From contig CBDCUP010000003.1 of the NCBI GenBank assembly GCA_965222655.1, positions 103,932 to 167,931 on the forward strand: DNA of 64,000 nucleotides, read 5' to 3'. Below, one piece after another: positions 17,918-26,454 of the stretch. Each line of letters starts with the position of its first letter. The stretch's first letter is position 1. The notes below the pieces were generated by a model. That model was given only the letters and a program-made list of their open reading frames with translations. It made no database searches and had not been told where the DNA came from. The translations under genes were made by a program, and so were the position numbers. Origin of the DNA: Acidobacteriota bacterium (GTDB lineage Bacteria > Acidobacteriota > UBA6911 > RPQK01 > JAJDTT01).

Positions 17918-19036
17918 CTATTTTACAGGCGGATACAACGGAATCGACCTTCGGCGGGCTACCTCACGGGCGACCTCCTCGACCTTTCCCTTCATGACAA
18001 ACATCGCGCCGCGAAGCACAGCAGTCTCACCCATAAGAAGATCGCCGGCAGTCGGATTGACGTGAAGACACTGCGAGCCTTTGGGTGAATCGCTCAGATC
18101 CGCGAAGACCGCACGAAAACGTCGCGCGGTGGCTGCCAGCACCTGGTCTCCGTCTTTGGATTGACGCAGGATGATCCCCGCCGTCACGCGGTCGGGGCTA
18201 ATTCCACACATATCGAAAGAGAACCCGTCTTCGGTTTTCGCCATCGGTCGCCCCTCCGGCTCGTAGTACTGGGCGGTGGGACGAAAAAGGAAACAGTCAC
18301 CCTTTTCGCCCTGGCACGGCTTGACCTGGTAACGCTTGGCATTGATGGGGGACTTCCACAGGCTGCGTCTGAGTTCGGTCATCTTCCGCAAGCCCTCAGC
18401 GGTGACCACAAACGTACGCTCACCCGTCAACTCTGCAAAGGTAGGACAGCTGACCAGTCCCCAGTGAAAATAGGCGTACGCGTCCCGCCAGTCCCAGGAG
18501 CTTTGGTTTTTCAGCCTGGCCTCGACCGCGACCATCTCCTTCTCCGCCTTCAAACGAACCTGGTATCGGAAGAGACCGGGCCTGGACACCGTTAGCTCGA
18601 ACTCTCTCTCAGAATCTTGTTTCCATTCGGTGAGTTGATCCTCGGTATTCAACTTGAGCAGCGTCTCCGGACCTCGAGTGAGGACGAAGGGTTTGCTCGA
18701 TCTCTCCTTCCGCCGACCTCTTCCGAAGATGGCATCTTTCGGATCGATCACCCGCATTTCGACGCCGGGCGGTTTGAATCCGGGATGAGCCACGTTGATG
18801 GCTTCAGTCCAGAATTCGATGGGGCCCTCGACCCCGGCAGCGTCTATTCTAATGGGATTTGAGCCTCGGTCTATGTGCTCGGTTGGGCCGAGTCGGAACA
18901 ACGATCGCTCCGGGGTGGTGGCTTGATCTTGGTCCTGAAGAAAGAACGGTGTGCTAGCCTGCACAAGTTCGCTGGAGCCTGCGGATAGTGCGCCAACAGC
19001 CGTCGTCCGAAGGAATTCCCGTCTCGATTGACTCAT
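17918..19036 (-). CDS. Tat-secreted hypothetical protein (no recognisable family)
   Basis: Twin-arginine signal MSQSRREFLRTTAVGALSAG. 372 aa with coding-like composition. It lies downstream of the TonB-like gene, after a terminator. Confidence 0.5.
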   Translation of the reverse strand: MSQSRREFLRTTAVGALSAGSSELVQASTPFFLQDQDQATTPERSLFRLGPTEHIDRGSNPIRIDAAGVEGPIEFWTEAINVAHPGFKPPGVEMRVIDPKDAIFGRGRRKERSSKPFVLTRGPETLLKLNTEDQLTEWKQDSEREFELTVSRPGLFRYQVRLKAEKEMVAVEARLKNQSSWDWRDAYAYFHWGLVSCPTFAELTGERTFVVTAEGLRKMTELRRSLWKSPINAKRYQVKPCQGEKGDCFLFRPTAQYYEPEGRPMAKTEDGFSFDMCGISPDRVTAGIILRQSKDGDQVLAATARRFRAVFADLSDSPKGSQCLHVNPTAGDLLMGETAVLRGAMFVMKGKVEEVAREVARRRSIPLYPPVK

Positions 19037-19064
19037 CGCCGCGCCAACTGATCTAAAGCCGCGG

Positions 19065-19097
19065 AAAAAAAAGTGGCGGGCTGTTCAGGCCCGCCAC
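19065..19097 (-). terminator. Rho-independent terminator for the TonB-receptor-like gene
   Basis: On the minus strand the stem gtggcgggc / gcccgccac (9 bp, with a 7-nt loop) is immediately followed by a run of 8 T (A-run 19065-19072 on the + strand). It sits 45 bp after the stop at 19142. Confidence 0.65.
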
Positions 19098-19141
19098 TCG
19101 TGAAACAGAATTGGGAAGTTCGCCTCTTGGATCGTCCTCAG

Positions 19142-22100
19142 CTAGAAGATGTACTTCAGAGCGAACTGCATGCTGCGCCCATCGGCGGCACCGGTTATCC
19201 GCCCGAAGGTGGAAGAAGTCAAGGCGGCACCGCCAAAACCCGCAGGGTTTCTCAGCACGGCATGATTCAAGACATTGAACATCTCCCAACGGAACTGGAG
19301 ACGGTGCGACTCTTTGAAGTTGAAGTCCTTGGTCAGTCCGAAGTCGAGCCAGAAAGCACTGGGCCCACGTTCGGAGAAGAGTCCAACATCACCGAATGAT
19401 CCGTTCGTCTCAGCCTGCCCACTGGCGGTACACCCCCCGCCTGGCGTGGGGAAGCAGAAAGCGGCTGGGTTGAGCCACGCCAATTTGTCCGGCCCAGTCA
19501 ACTGAACGTTCGCGCCGGTCCTGTTGGGCCGTTTTCCAAAGCCCAATCCATCGCCGCGGGTATCGAATCCGCTGATGACGTTGATGGGATAGGCACTCCG
19601 CCAACCCATGATTCCCGACAGATTCCACCCGTTCGTCAGGAAGCGCGCGGCCGAGTCTGATGCGCCGCCAGGAAGCGTATATATCCAGTTTCCCATAAAG
19701 CGACGGCGTGTATCTGAGGTCTTGGGACCGTAGGAGCCAGCAATGTTGCTGAAATCCTGTGTAAACCGGTCACCGGTACCAAAGCCCGCATCGACGGAAT
19801 GGTAGGTGTGTGCCTTTGCCAACACGAAGCTGGTGAGGAAGGTGAGGTCATCTCTTCGCCCCCTCAAACTCAGGTGCATGGAATGGTAATCGGTTCGGCC
19901 ATCACTGAGGCGCATCAGAATCGGGCCGAAATCGGGTCTTCCACGCTGCCCGGTCGCGGGATCGATCAGGTTGGGGAAAAAGTTGGTGAGTAGCTTGTTT
20001 CCCGCGCTGCCCACATAAGAGGCCGTGGCGCCCAGCCAGGGCGTCATCTGACGTTCCAGGCTCATATTCCAGTGAGAGGCGTATTCATCAGCCCGGTCGC
20101 GCTCGGCGGGCGAAGGAGTGGAGGGGAGCTCCAGTATCGATGCCGGGATCTGCGACAGGTCTCCACTCTTCAAACCGTCGATGACCGCTTCTTGAAATTC
20201 AAAGGGGAAGGGAAACCGAATCGGTTGGAAAGCGGCCGGAATATCGACCGGAGCGAACTGTGCGAAAGACGGAAACGTGGGGTCTGGCAAGAAAGCCATG
20301 TCGAAGTAATAGAAAGGCTGCGGAGGGGTGTAAGTCACTGCTCCGCCAAGCCGCAAGACCGTCGTCCCTTCGTCGTCCAGATCAATCACCATACCGAGAC
20401 GGGGGGCGAAATTGTTCTTGTCTGGGTCAAATATGGGTGTCTCCCGATTCGGGATGAAAGCCCCAAATATATCAGAGCCGGCGATATTCCAGGGTCCCAC
20501 GAATCCCGTGTAATACTCGTAGCGCAGTCCCAGGTTGAGCTGGACGCGATCGCTCACCCGCCAGTCGTCATTCACGTACCAACCCGTCTGCCAGTGTTCG
20601 AATCCGTCGAACCCATCGGGAAAGCCGAACCAGATTTGCAGATACAGCGGATCTCTCTCGAAGAGCAGATCGTCCACACTGGCGTAGCGAACGATCGGGT
20701 TCTCGGCGATGATCCGCTTGGAGTCCATTTTTCGGGCCTCGAAGCCGAATTTCAGATGGTGACGGTCCCGAACCCAGGAGAAGTTATCGGCGAGCGTATA
20801 GGTTTTCGTCTTGAAGTTGATGATGCACTGCCCGTCGATATTGGTCAATCCCGCGCTGCGAGCCGAACCTCCTCCGGCGGGAAACGAGCCACGCAGAGCG
20901 CCCTGCAGACGGGTCAGCTGGTTGCTGTTGATGCCGAAACGGAATTCGTTGAGGACTCTGGGTGAGAGGGTGTAATTGTGCTGAACTGCGAGATTTCTGA
21001 AGCGGGTCGGGAACTGACGGGTATGACCCTCAAACTCCGTGAAATTCGGGGTGATGAAATCCTGGTTGTTGAAGCTGTAGCGTGCCTGGAAGTGCTGCGT
21101 GTCGGTGAGCTCGACATCGCCTCTCCAGAGATAAGTCTTCTCGTCGTTGTTGGCCGCAGCGTTGCGCGCGTGAAAGCAGACTCGGGGATCGCTGGTGGGC
21201 GAGCAGTTTGCCGGGGTCAATTGCCGGTACAGGTCCGCGAGCATGGGATTGGGAGTGGCGTGTCTGATTCTTCCTATTTCAGGATCCACCAGGGTTGCAC
21301 TGTCAATACCAAGGTTGTTTGCAATCACCTCGTCTGTCAAGCGATTCCCGGAAACCGATCGGCCGCGATCGAGCTTTGCATTCTCGATGTTGAAAAAGAA
21401 AAAGGCCCGATCCTTCACAACGGGGCCGCCGATGTTTCCACCATATTGATCGTGCTTCAGGTCGGGCCGGGGCACTCCATTGGCGTTGCTGAAGAAGTTA
21501 TTGGCGTTGAACCTGTCCCTGCGAAAGAAATAGAAGGCGGTCCCGTGGAAGTCGTTGGTGCCCGACTTGGTGCTGATATTGATGACGGCACCGGTGGCGC
21601 GACCATACTCAGCCGAAAAGGAACTGCCGGTTGTCTTGAGCTCGGAAATGGCCTCAATGCTTATGGTGTTGATGACGGCTCCATTGCCGCCGGTCCCGGC
21701 GGCTTGGTCGCCGGCCGCGTTGTTTTCTCCGAAGGACATGTCAACGCCATCGAGCAGCCAGTTGTTGCCGTATCCGGGAGCACCGTAAAACTCGACGCCG
21801 CCCCGCTGGCCGGACAGACTTCCGGTTCCGCTTCCGGATCCAGGTTCCGCGTTGGAAGCGATCACTCCGGGTTGTAGATTGATCATGTCGAAGAAACTGC
21901 GGCCGTTCAGGGGCAGCTCCTTGGTCGTCTTTTCGTCCACGACAATCCCAAGCTGCGGATTGGATCGGTTAATCAGCGGTGTGGTCGCAACCACCTCCAC
22001 TTCCTCCGTGACCGCTCCGACCTCCAGCTGAAAGTCGATTCGGGGCCGGGTGCCTGATTCCAGGATGATTGTTCCACTGACGGCCTTCCGAAAACCCGGA

Positions 22101-22360
22101 ATCTCCACGGTCACGACGTAATCGCCGAGAGGCAACAGTGGAAATTCGTAGAACCCCCCATTGCCCGTGACGGTGGCGTTGATCTTGTTGGTCCCGACGT
22201 TGGTTGCGTTTACATCCGCTCCGGGGATGACGCCCCCGCTCTCATCGGTGACGCTTCCGAAGATCGCTGCTCCGCCTAGTTGGGCCCCCAAGCTCGTGAA
22301 GAGTAGAGGCGAAATCAATACCGCTATCAACAGCAAAGACCTACAATTCTTGTAATTCAT
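19142..22360 (-). CDS. TonB-dependent receptor-like outer-membrane protein with N-terminal carboxypeptidase-regulatory-like domain (Acidobacteria type)
   Basis: 1072 aa. Signal peptide MNYKNCRSLLLIAVLISPLLF. CarboxypepD_reg-like region is AAIFGSVTDESGGVIPGADVNATN...GFYEF..LPLGDYVVTVE, followed by a plug region (ELPLNGRSF) and a long beta-barrel. The C-terminal YIF is a porin-like terminal aromatic. GGGAGA lies upstream of the ATG at 22360. Confidence 0.75.
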   Translation of the reverse strand: MNYKNCRSLLLIAVLISPLLFTSLGAQLGGAAIFGSVTDESGGVIPGADVNATNVGTNKINATVTGNGGFYEFPLLPLGDYVVTVEIPGFRKAVSGTIILESGTRPRIDFQLEVGAVTEEVEVVATTPLINRSNPQLGIVVDEKTTKELPLNGRSFFDMINLQPGVIASNAEPGSGSGTGSLSGQRGGVEFYGAPGYGNNWLLDGVDMSFGENNAAGDQAAGTGGNGAVINTISIEAISELKTTGSSFSAEYGRATGAVINISTKSGTNDFHGTAFYFFRRDRFNANNFFSNANGVPRPDLKHDQYGGNIGGPVVKDRAFFFFNIENAKLDRGRSVSGNRLTDEVIANNLGIDSATLVDPEIGRIRHATPNPMLADLYRQLTPANCSPTSDPRVCFHARNAAANNDEKTYLWRGDVELTDTQHFQARYSFNNQDFITPNFTEFEGHTRQFPTRFRNLAVQHNYTLSPRVLNEFRFGINSNQLTRLQGALRGSFPAGGGSARSAGLTNIDGQCIINFKTKTYTLADNFSWVRDRHHLKFGFEARKMDSKRIIAENPIVRYASVDDLLFERDPLYLQIWFGFPDGFDGFEHWQTGWYVNDDWRVSDRVQLNLGLRYEYYTGFVGPWNIAGSDIFGAFIPNRETPIFDPDKNNFAPRLGMVIDLDDEGTTVLRLGGAVTYTPPQPFYYFDMAFLPDPTFPSFAQFAPVDIPAAFQPIRFPFPFEFQEAVIDGLKSGDLSQIPASILELPSTPSPAERDRADEYASHWNMSLERQMTPWLGATASYVGSAGNKLLTNFFPNLIDPATGQRGRPDFGPILMRLSDGRTDYHSMHLSLRGRRDDLTFLTSFVLAKAHTYHSVDAGFGTGDRFTQDFSNIAGSYGPKTSDTRRRFMGNWIYTLPGGASDSAARFLTNGWNLSGIMGWRSAYPINVISGFDTRGDGLGFGKRPNRTGANVQLTGPDKLAWLNPAAFCFPTPGGGCTASGQAETNGSFGDVGLFSERGPSAFWLDFGLTKDFNFKESHRLQFRWEMFNVLNHAVLRNPAGFGGAALTSSTFGRITGAADGRSMQFALKYIF

Positions 22361-22510
22361 AATTGATCTCCCAGTTTGGATACTGCCCTCGTTACAGGTT
22401 GGCGTTTCTAAGTGATGCCCGCCGGTTCTGCCGGTTCTGTAAGAGTCACATGCTGATTCTTTCATAGGCATTCTACAAATAAATTTCGGGACAGTTTACA
22501 ACGACACGCC

Positions 22511-22552
22511 GAGAAAAGCAAAGCAAAAACACGAGAAAAGCAAAGCAAAAAC
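22511..22552. repeat. 21-bp tandem direct repeat x2 (gagaaaagcaaagcaaaaaca) in the AT-rich region upstream of the TonB-like gene
   Basis: Direct reading: ...gccgagaaaagcaaagcaaaaacacgagaaaagcaaagcaaaaacatt... Confidence 0.7.
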
Positions 22553-23039
22553 ATTATTTAGGAGAATTTTGTAGGAATATGTACCCGTTCCAGTTCGATT
22601 AAAGACGTACAGCGAAGTATTCGGGACGGTCACCATTACAATCAATTACCCAGTTTCTGCAAGCGGCGGGCCAAACAGGTTCCAGCAATTTAAACTACTG
22701 ATTTAACACGGCTTATAACTCTGTTCAGAAAACGCTAGATCCAAGATATTGGATCAGCCAATTGGGACTGAACCGACATAAGAGTTAGCGTTTTCAACAA
22801 GTTATCTAAGAGTCCAAGGCCGATCCAAAAAACCGATTATCTTCGGGAAAATCCCAAGAAACTTGAGTTCCATAAGAGTCGCAGGTCGCTGAGTAAGAGA
22901 TCTATTGATGCAAGAGTAAGGAGTGTACCGTTCTTTCTGTAATTTCCCGTTAAGAGGGAATTTCTCGGGATACCGAGGATTGGGTTGACGAGGAACCTGG
23001 CGCGGCTCAGGCGGAAGGAGGCTGTAGGCCGAGTGCAGC

Positions 23040-24430
23040 CTGAGCCGTGCGGCGCGGCGCGCCGGGCCCCCCCGGAAGGGGGCCAAAGGCCGTCAGCCGA
23101 AGGGTTGAGCCGTCAGAGGTCTGGGACAAGATTCTCTAAATCATTCATCCAAAATGAAAGGAGAATCCAATGGCCCCAGACCTGGAAGACAGAGTACCAC
23201 GAGAGATCCTAGAGGCGTTGATCCAAGAAGGAACGGAGGCCTTTCGCAAGGTGTTGGAGAAGCTCTTGAACTTGGCCATGGGATTGGAACGGTCGGAGTT
23301 TCTGGGAGCCGAGCCCTACGAGAGAACGAGCCAGCGACGGGGCCACGCCAACGGTTACAAGGACAAGAAGATCGCCACGCGTGTGGGAGAGCTCCGACTG
23401 AAGATCCCTCAGGTGCGAGGGCTGTCGTTCTACCCTCAATCGCTGGAGAAGGGCTGCCGCTCGGAAAAGGCGCTGAAGTTGGCCATTGCCGAGATGTATG
23501 TCATGGGCGTCTCCACGCGCAAGGTCACGGAAATCACCGAGCAGCTGTGTGGCACGGAGATCTCCGCCAGCCAGGTCTCACGGGTCGCCTCCCTGCTGGA
23601 TGAGGAGCTGGAGAAGTTCCGTAGCCGGCCGCTGAGCGGTGAGTATCCCTTCGTCTACCTGGACGCCCATTACGAGAAAGTCCGTGTCGATGGACGAGTT
23701 CAGGACCTGGCCATCCTCAAGGCAGTCGGTGTGCAGGCTTCCGGTCACCGTGAGGTCTTGGGTCTGAGCGCCCGGCTGAGCGAGGCGGAGGTCCACTGGA
23801 GAGCGTTTTTTGAGGATCTGGCCGGGCGGGGACTCAAGGGAATGGAGCTCGTCGTCAGTGACGACCACGCGGGACTGAAGGCCGCTCGACGAGCGGTGTT
23901 TCCCGCGGTTCCCTGGCAGCGCTGCCAGTTTCATCTGAGCCAGAATGCTCAGCGCTTTGCCCGTCGGCTCCAAGAGCGGGGCCAGATCGGCCAAGCGATG
24001 CGGGACATCTTCAACAGCCCCACCCTCGAGGATGCCGAAGCCATGCTCAAACGCAAGATCAAGGCGTTCACCGAAACCAACCAGGCACTGGCCCAGTGGA
24101 TGGAAGACAACGTGCGCGAGGGGTTGACGGTCTACGCCTTCCCCCGCAGTCTGCACAAGAAGATCCGGACGATTAACGGCGTGGAGAATCTCAACAAACA
24201 GATCCGGCGCCGCACTCGAGTGGTGGGAATCTTCCCCCATATCGACTCGGCGTTGCGACTGATCTCAGCCGTGCTGGCGGAGATTCACGACGAGTGGCTC
24301 ACGGGCCGCTGCTATCTGAACCTGGAGAGCTGGCAAGAAGAGGAGGCATCCTAGAAGAGCGTTTCCCTAAACCCGAGACCCTCAGATCAGCGAGGGTTCT
24401 CGGTAAGGGGCAGCCCGCGATCGTGGCTCT
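23040..24430 (+). mobile_element. IS256-family insertion sequence (boundaries approximate)
   Basis: Contains a complete IS256/mutator-type transposase gene. Candidate outer inverted match TTTCTGTAATTTC at 22937 / GAAATTACAGAAA at 24627. The ends could not be resolved by eye. Confidence 0.4.
23170..24354 (+). CDS. IS256 family transposase (mutator-type)
   Basis: 394 aa. Characteristic blocks are KVLEKLLNLAMGLERSEFLGAEPYERT..RRGHANGYKDK, YLDAHYEKVR, LVVSDDHAGLK.A...FP....QRCQFH and the ...AEIHDEWLTGRCYL C-terminus. Confidence 0.9.
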   Translation: MAPDLEDRVPREILEALIQEGTEAFRKVLEKLLNLAMGLERSEFLGAEPYERTSQRRGHANGYKDKKIATRVGELRLKIPQVRGLSFYPQSLEKGCRSEKALKLAIAEMYVMGVSTRKVTEITEQLCGTEISASQVSRVASLLDEELEKFRSRPLSGEYPFVYLDAHYEKVRVDGRVQDLAILKAVGVQASGHREVLGLSARLSEAEVHWRAFFEDLAGRGLKGMELVVSDDHAGLKAARRAVFPAVPWQRCQFHLSQNAQRFARRLQERGQIGQAMRDIFNSPTLEDAEAMLKRKIKAFTETNQALAQWMEDNVREGLTVYAFPRSLHKKIRTINGVENLNKQIRRRTRVVGIFPHIDSALRLISAVLAEIHDEWLTGRCYLNLESWQEEEAS

Positions 24431-24821
24431 GAGGGCTTCTGACAGGGCCTCTTTTCTTGGAGAAGGAGGTGGGGGCGCTGAATCGCTCTCTGCGAGTAGT
24501 GCAAGCTGCTCCGGCCTCTCATTTTGATAGATCTGCTGGTTGCCTTAGAGAGATTCACAGCGAGCGGCTCACGGGCCACTGCTTTCTGCACCCGAGAGCC
24601 AAGAGAGGAGGATCCTGTCCCACAACCGACCCTGAAATTACAGAAAAATTGTTGCGCTGCCCAAGAGTAAAACAGTGCCGCGAACGGTGGAATGATCCAG
24701 CGCGGCTGGGGGGACTACGACAGCGACCGAAGTGTCGATCTCTACGCATCTGGCATGAGGGTAAGGCGCTGGGATATCCAGGTCCGGAAGGCGGGTGGAA
24801 GCAGTATGTGGAAGGGGCTCT

Positions 24822-26162
24822 CTATCGACTTTGAGAGGGTGACTTGCTGTTGTTTTCCACAATAGGCTTTCGACTTTTCAGGGCACGTTTCGCGGCCCTT
24901 AGCCGTGCCTGTTCTTTTTCCGAATAGGTCTTGAGCAGCTGGAATTGGCGAAGGTGTTCAACGGCTTTTTCGGCCTGGCCGGTCTGCTGGTAGAGTTGGC
25001 CGAGAAGATAGTGCGCCTGACTGTGGTTCGGCTGCCGACTCAGGGCCTCTAAAAAGTGTTTCTGAGCTTCCTCTAACTGATTGATCTCTTTAAACGTTTG
25101 TCCCAACTCGAGATGAAGCCGAAGGGCAGTCCCGTCAATCCCGAGTCCCTGGCGTAGCCACCCGAGGGCCTCCTGATGTCGACCCACCCGTCTGGCGGCT
25201 TGCCCCAGAGCCGCCAGGACGTCCACATTGTCAGCTTGCAGTTGATGGGCGTGCTCGAGTATCCGTACTGCCTGTTCCGCTCGCCCTGCCTGGGTGTAAG
25301 CTTGCCCCAAATAATAGTAGGCCGACCAGTTCTTCGGCTCCTCAGCGATCACCTCCTTAAAAGCCTTTTCAGCCTCACCAAATCGTAGCTGGCGAGTATG
25401 GAGCAAGCCCAGAAGAAGCCGGGTCGACGCCGAGACAGGCAGAGATGACAGGAGTTTTCCAGCTTTATCGTACTTGCCGAACTTGATCAAGAGATTGACG
25501 CCCTCCATCTTTTCCTCTGGCTTCAAAGTCAGCTTGTTTAACAAAGCCGAGGCCTGTTCATCCAAATCGAGGCGAAGAAGTTGTCTGAGAAGTTGCAGGG
25601 CGGTCGGGCCGTCCAACTGTGCGAAGGGCAAGCGAGTCAGTTGCTCGAAGGATTTCTCCAGGTTCCCCCGCGCTGATTCCAGTCGGGAATGCAAGATAAT
25701 CAAGCGGGGGTTTTTCGGCTCCAATCTCTCAGCGGAAGTCAGGTGTTGTTCGGCGGCCGCGAAGTCTTTCTGCAGAACGGTCTGCTCTGCCAGCGCTTCA
25801 TGTGCCGGCACAAAGCCGGGGTATTTGGAGAGGGCTTGATTCCAGGCCTGCCTGGCCGACTGCGGACGAGACTTGGCCTGTAGCGACTTCCCCCACGTCA
25901 CCAGACTCCAGGCGTGAAGATACCTCAACTCCTCGGAGTCCGGCTTCAATCGAACAGCCCCTTCGTACTCCAACACGGCGTCCGAAATTCGACCCTCCAT
26001 GAAAGCCCGTTTGGCAGCTTCCAGATGACTCAAAATGGCTTTCGTCGAGTCCTGGGCAATCGAGTAGATTTGGAGCAGGAGGAGCAAAGTTAGTAACAAG
26101 GAGCTGAATCGTACAATCCAATTCCAACGCACGTGTTTAGCATATTGGTCGAAGTTGCCCAT
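24822..26162 (-). CDS. TPR-repeat protein with N-terminal membrane anchor/signal
   Basis: Multiple 34-residue TPR-like repeats (W-LG-Y-----A---F---L) and a hydrophobic N-terminus LLLTLLLLLQIY. Confidence 0.65.
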   Translation of the reverse strand: MGNFDQYAKHVRWNWIVRFSSLLLTLLLLLQIYSIAQDSTKAILSHLEAAKRAFMEGRISDAVLEYEGAVRLKPDSEELRYLHAWSLVTWGKSLQAKSRPQSARQAWNQALSKYPGFVPAHEALAEQTVLQKDFAAAEQHLTSAERLEPKNPRLIILHSRLESARGNLEKSFEQLTRLPFAQLDGPTALQLLRQLLRLDLDEQASALLNKLTLKPEEKMEGVNLLIKFGKYDKAGKLLSSLPVSASTRLLLGLLHTRQLRFGEAEKAFKEVIAEEPKNWSAYYYLGQAYTQAGRAEQAVRILEHAHQLQADNVDVLAALGQAARRVGRHQEALGWLRQGLGIDGTALRLHLELGQTFKEINQLEEAQKHFLEALSRQPNHSQAHYLLGQLYQQTGQAEKAVEHLRQFQLLKTYSEKEQARLRAAKRALKSRKPIVENNSKSPSQSR

Positions 26163-26181
26163 GTAGAATTTCCAACATCAC

Positions 26182-26407
26182 CTACGCCGAAGGCGTTATT
26201 GCGGGTAGCCCAGGGTTAGCGATGCGAAGCGAGCTACCCTGGGTCAAGATCGGTCAACAAAATGCCTTACCCCAACGGGGTTACTGCCGACCGGAAACGT
26301 GTTGGCAATAACGCTTTCAGCGTAGAAAAGACGGGACGACTTAAACCCAGGGTAGCTCGCTTCGCATCGCCAACCCTGGGCTACCCGCAATAACGCCTTT
26401 GGCGTAG
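26182..26407. repeat. Large nested inverted-repeat element (two 63-bp arms, 2 mismatches, 100-bp spacer)
   Basis: Arm A 26182-26244 is ctacgccgaaggcgttattgcgggtagcccagggttagcgatgcgaagcgagctaccctgggt. Arm B 26345-26407 is its reverse complement, acccagggtagctcgcttcgcatcgccaaccctgggctacccgcaataacgcctttggcgtag. Each arm is itself an imperfect hairpin (gcccagggttagc / gctaccctgggt). The spacer contains a partial third copy, ggcaataacgctttcagcgtag. Confidence 0.75.
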
Positions 26408-26454
26408 ATCGAGGCCTATGGGAAAAAGCCGACGCACGAGACCGCGGGCCTCTG

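Noticed and set aside
19799-21877. Plus-strand ORFs (20072..20965, 20978..21877 and others) inside the TonB-receptor-like gene
   Set aside because: They are shadow ORFs of the 1072-aa minus-strand gene, with low-complexity Ala/Gly/Arg-rich translations.
22511-22552. 21-bp tandem repeat, and the heptamer arrays, as possible CRISPR arrays
   Set aside because: They have only 2-4 units, no spacers, and no cas genes. They are simple tandem repeats.
24457-24834. 125-aa ORF downstream of the transposase
   Set aside because: Its reading frame is created by the duplicated remnant of the transposase 3' end (EIHSERLTGHCFL...) followed by unrelated sequence. It is a relic, not a gene.
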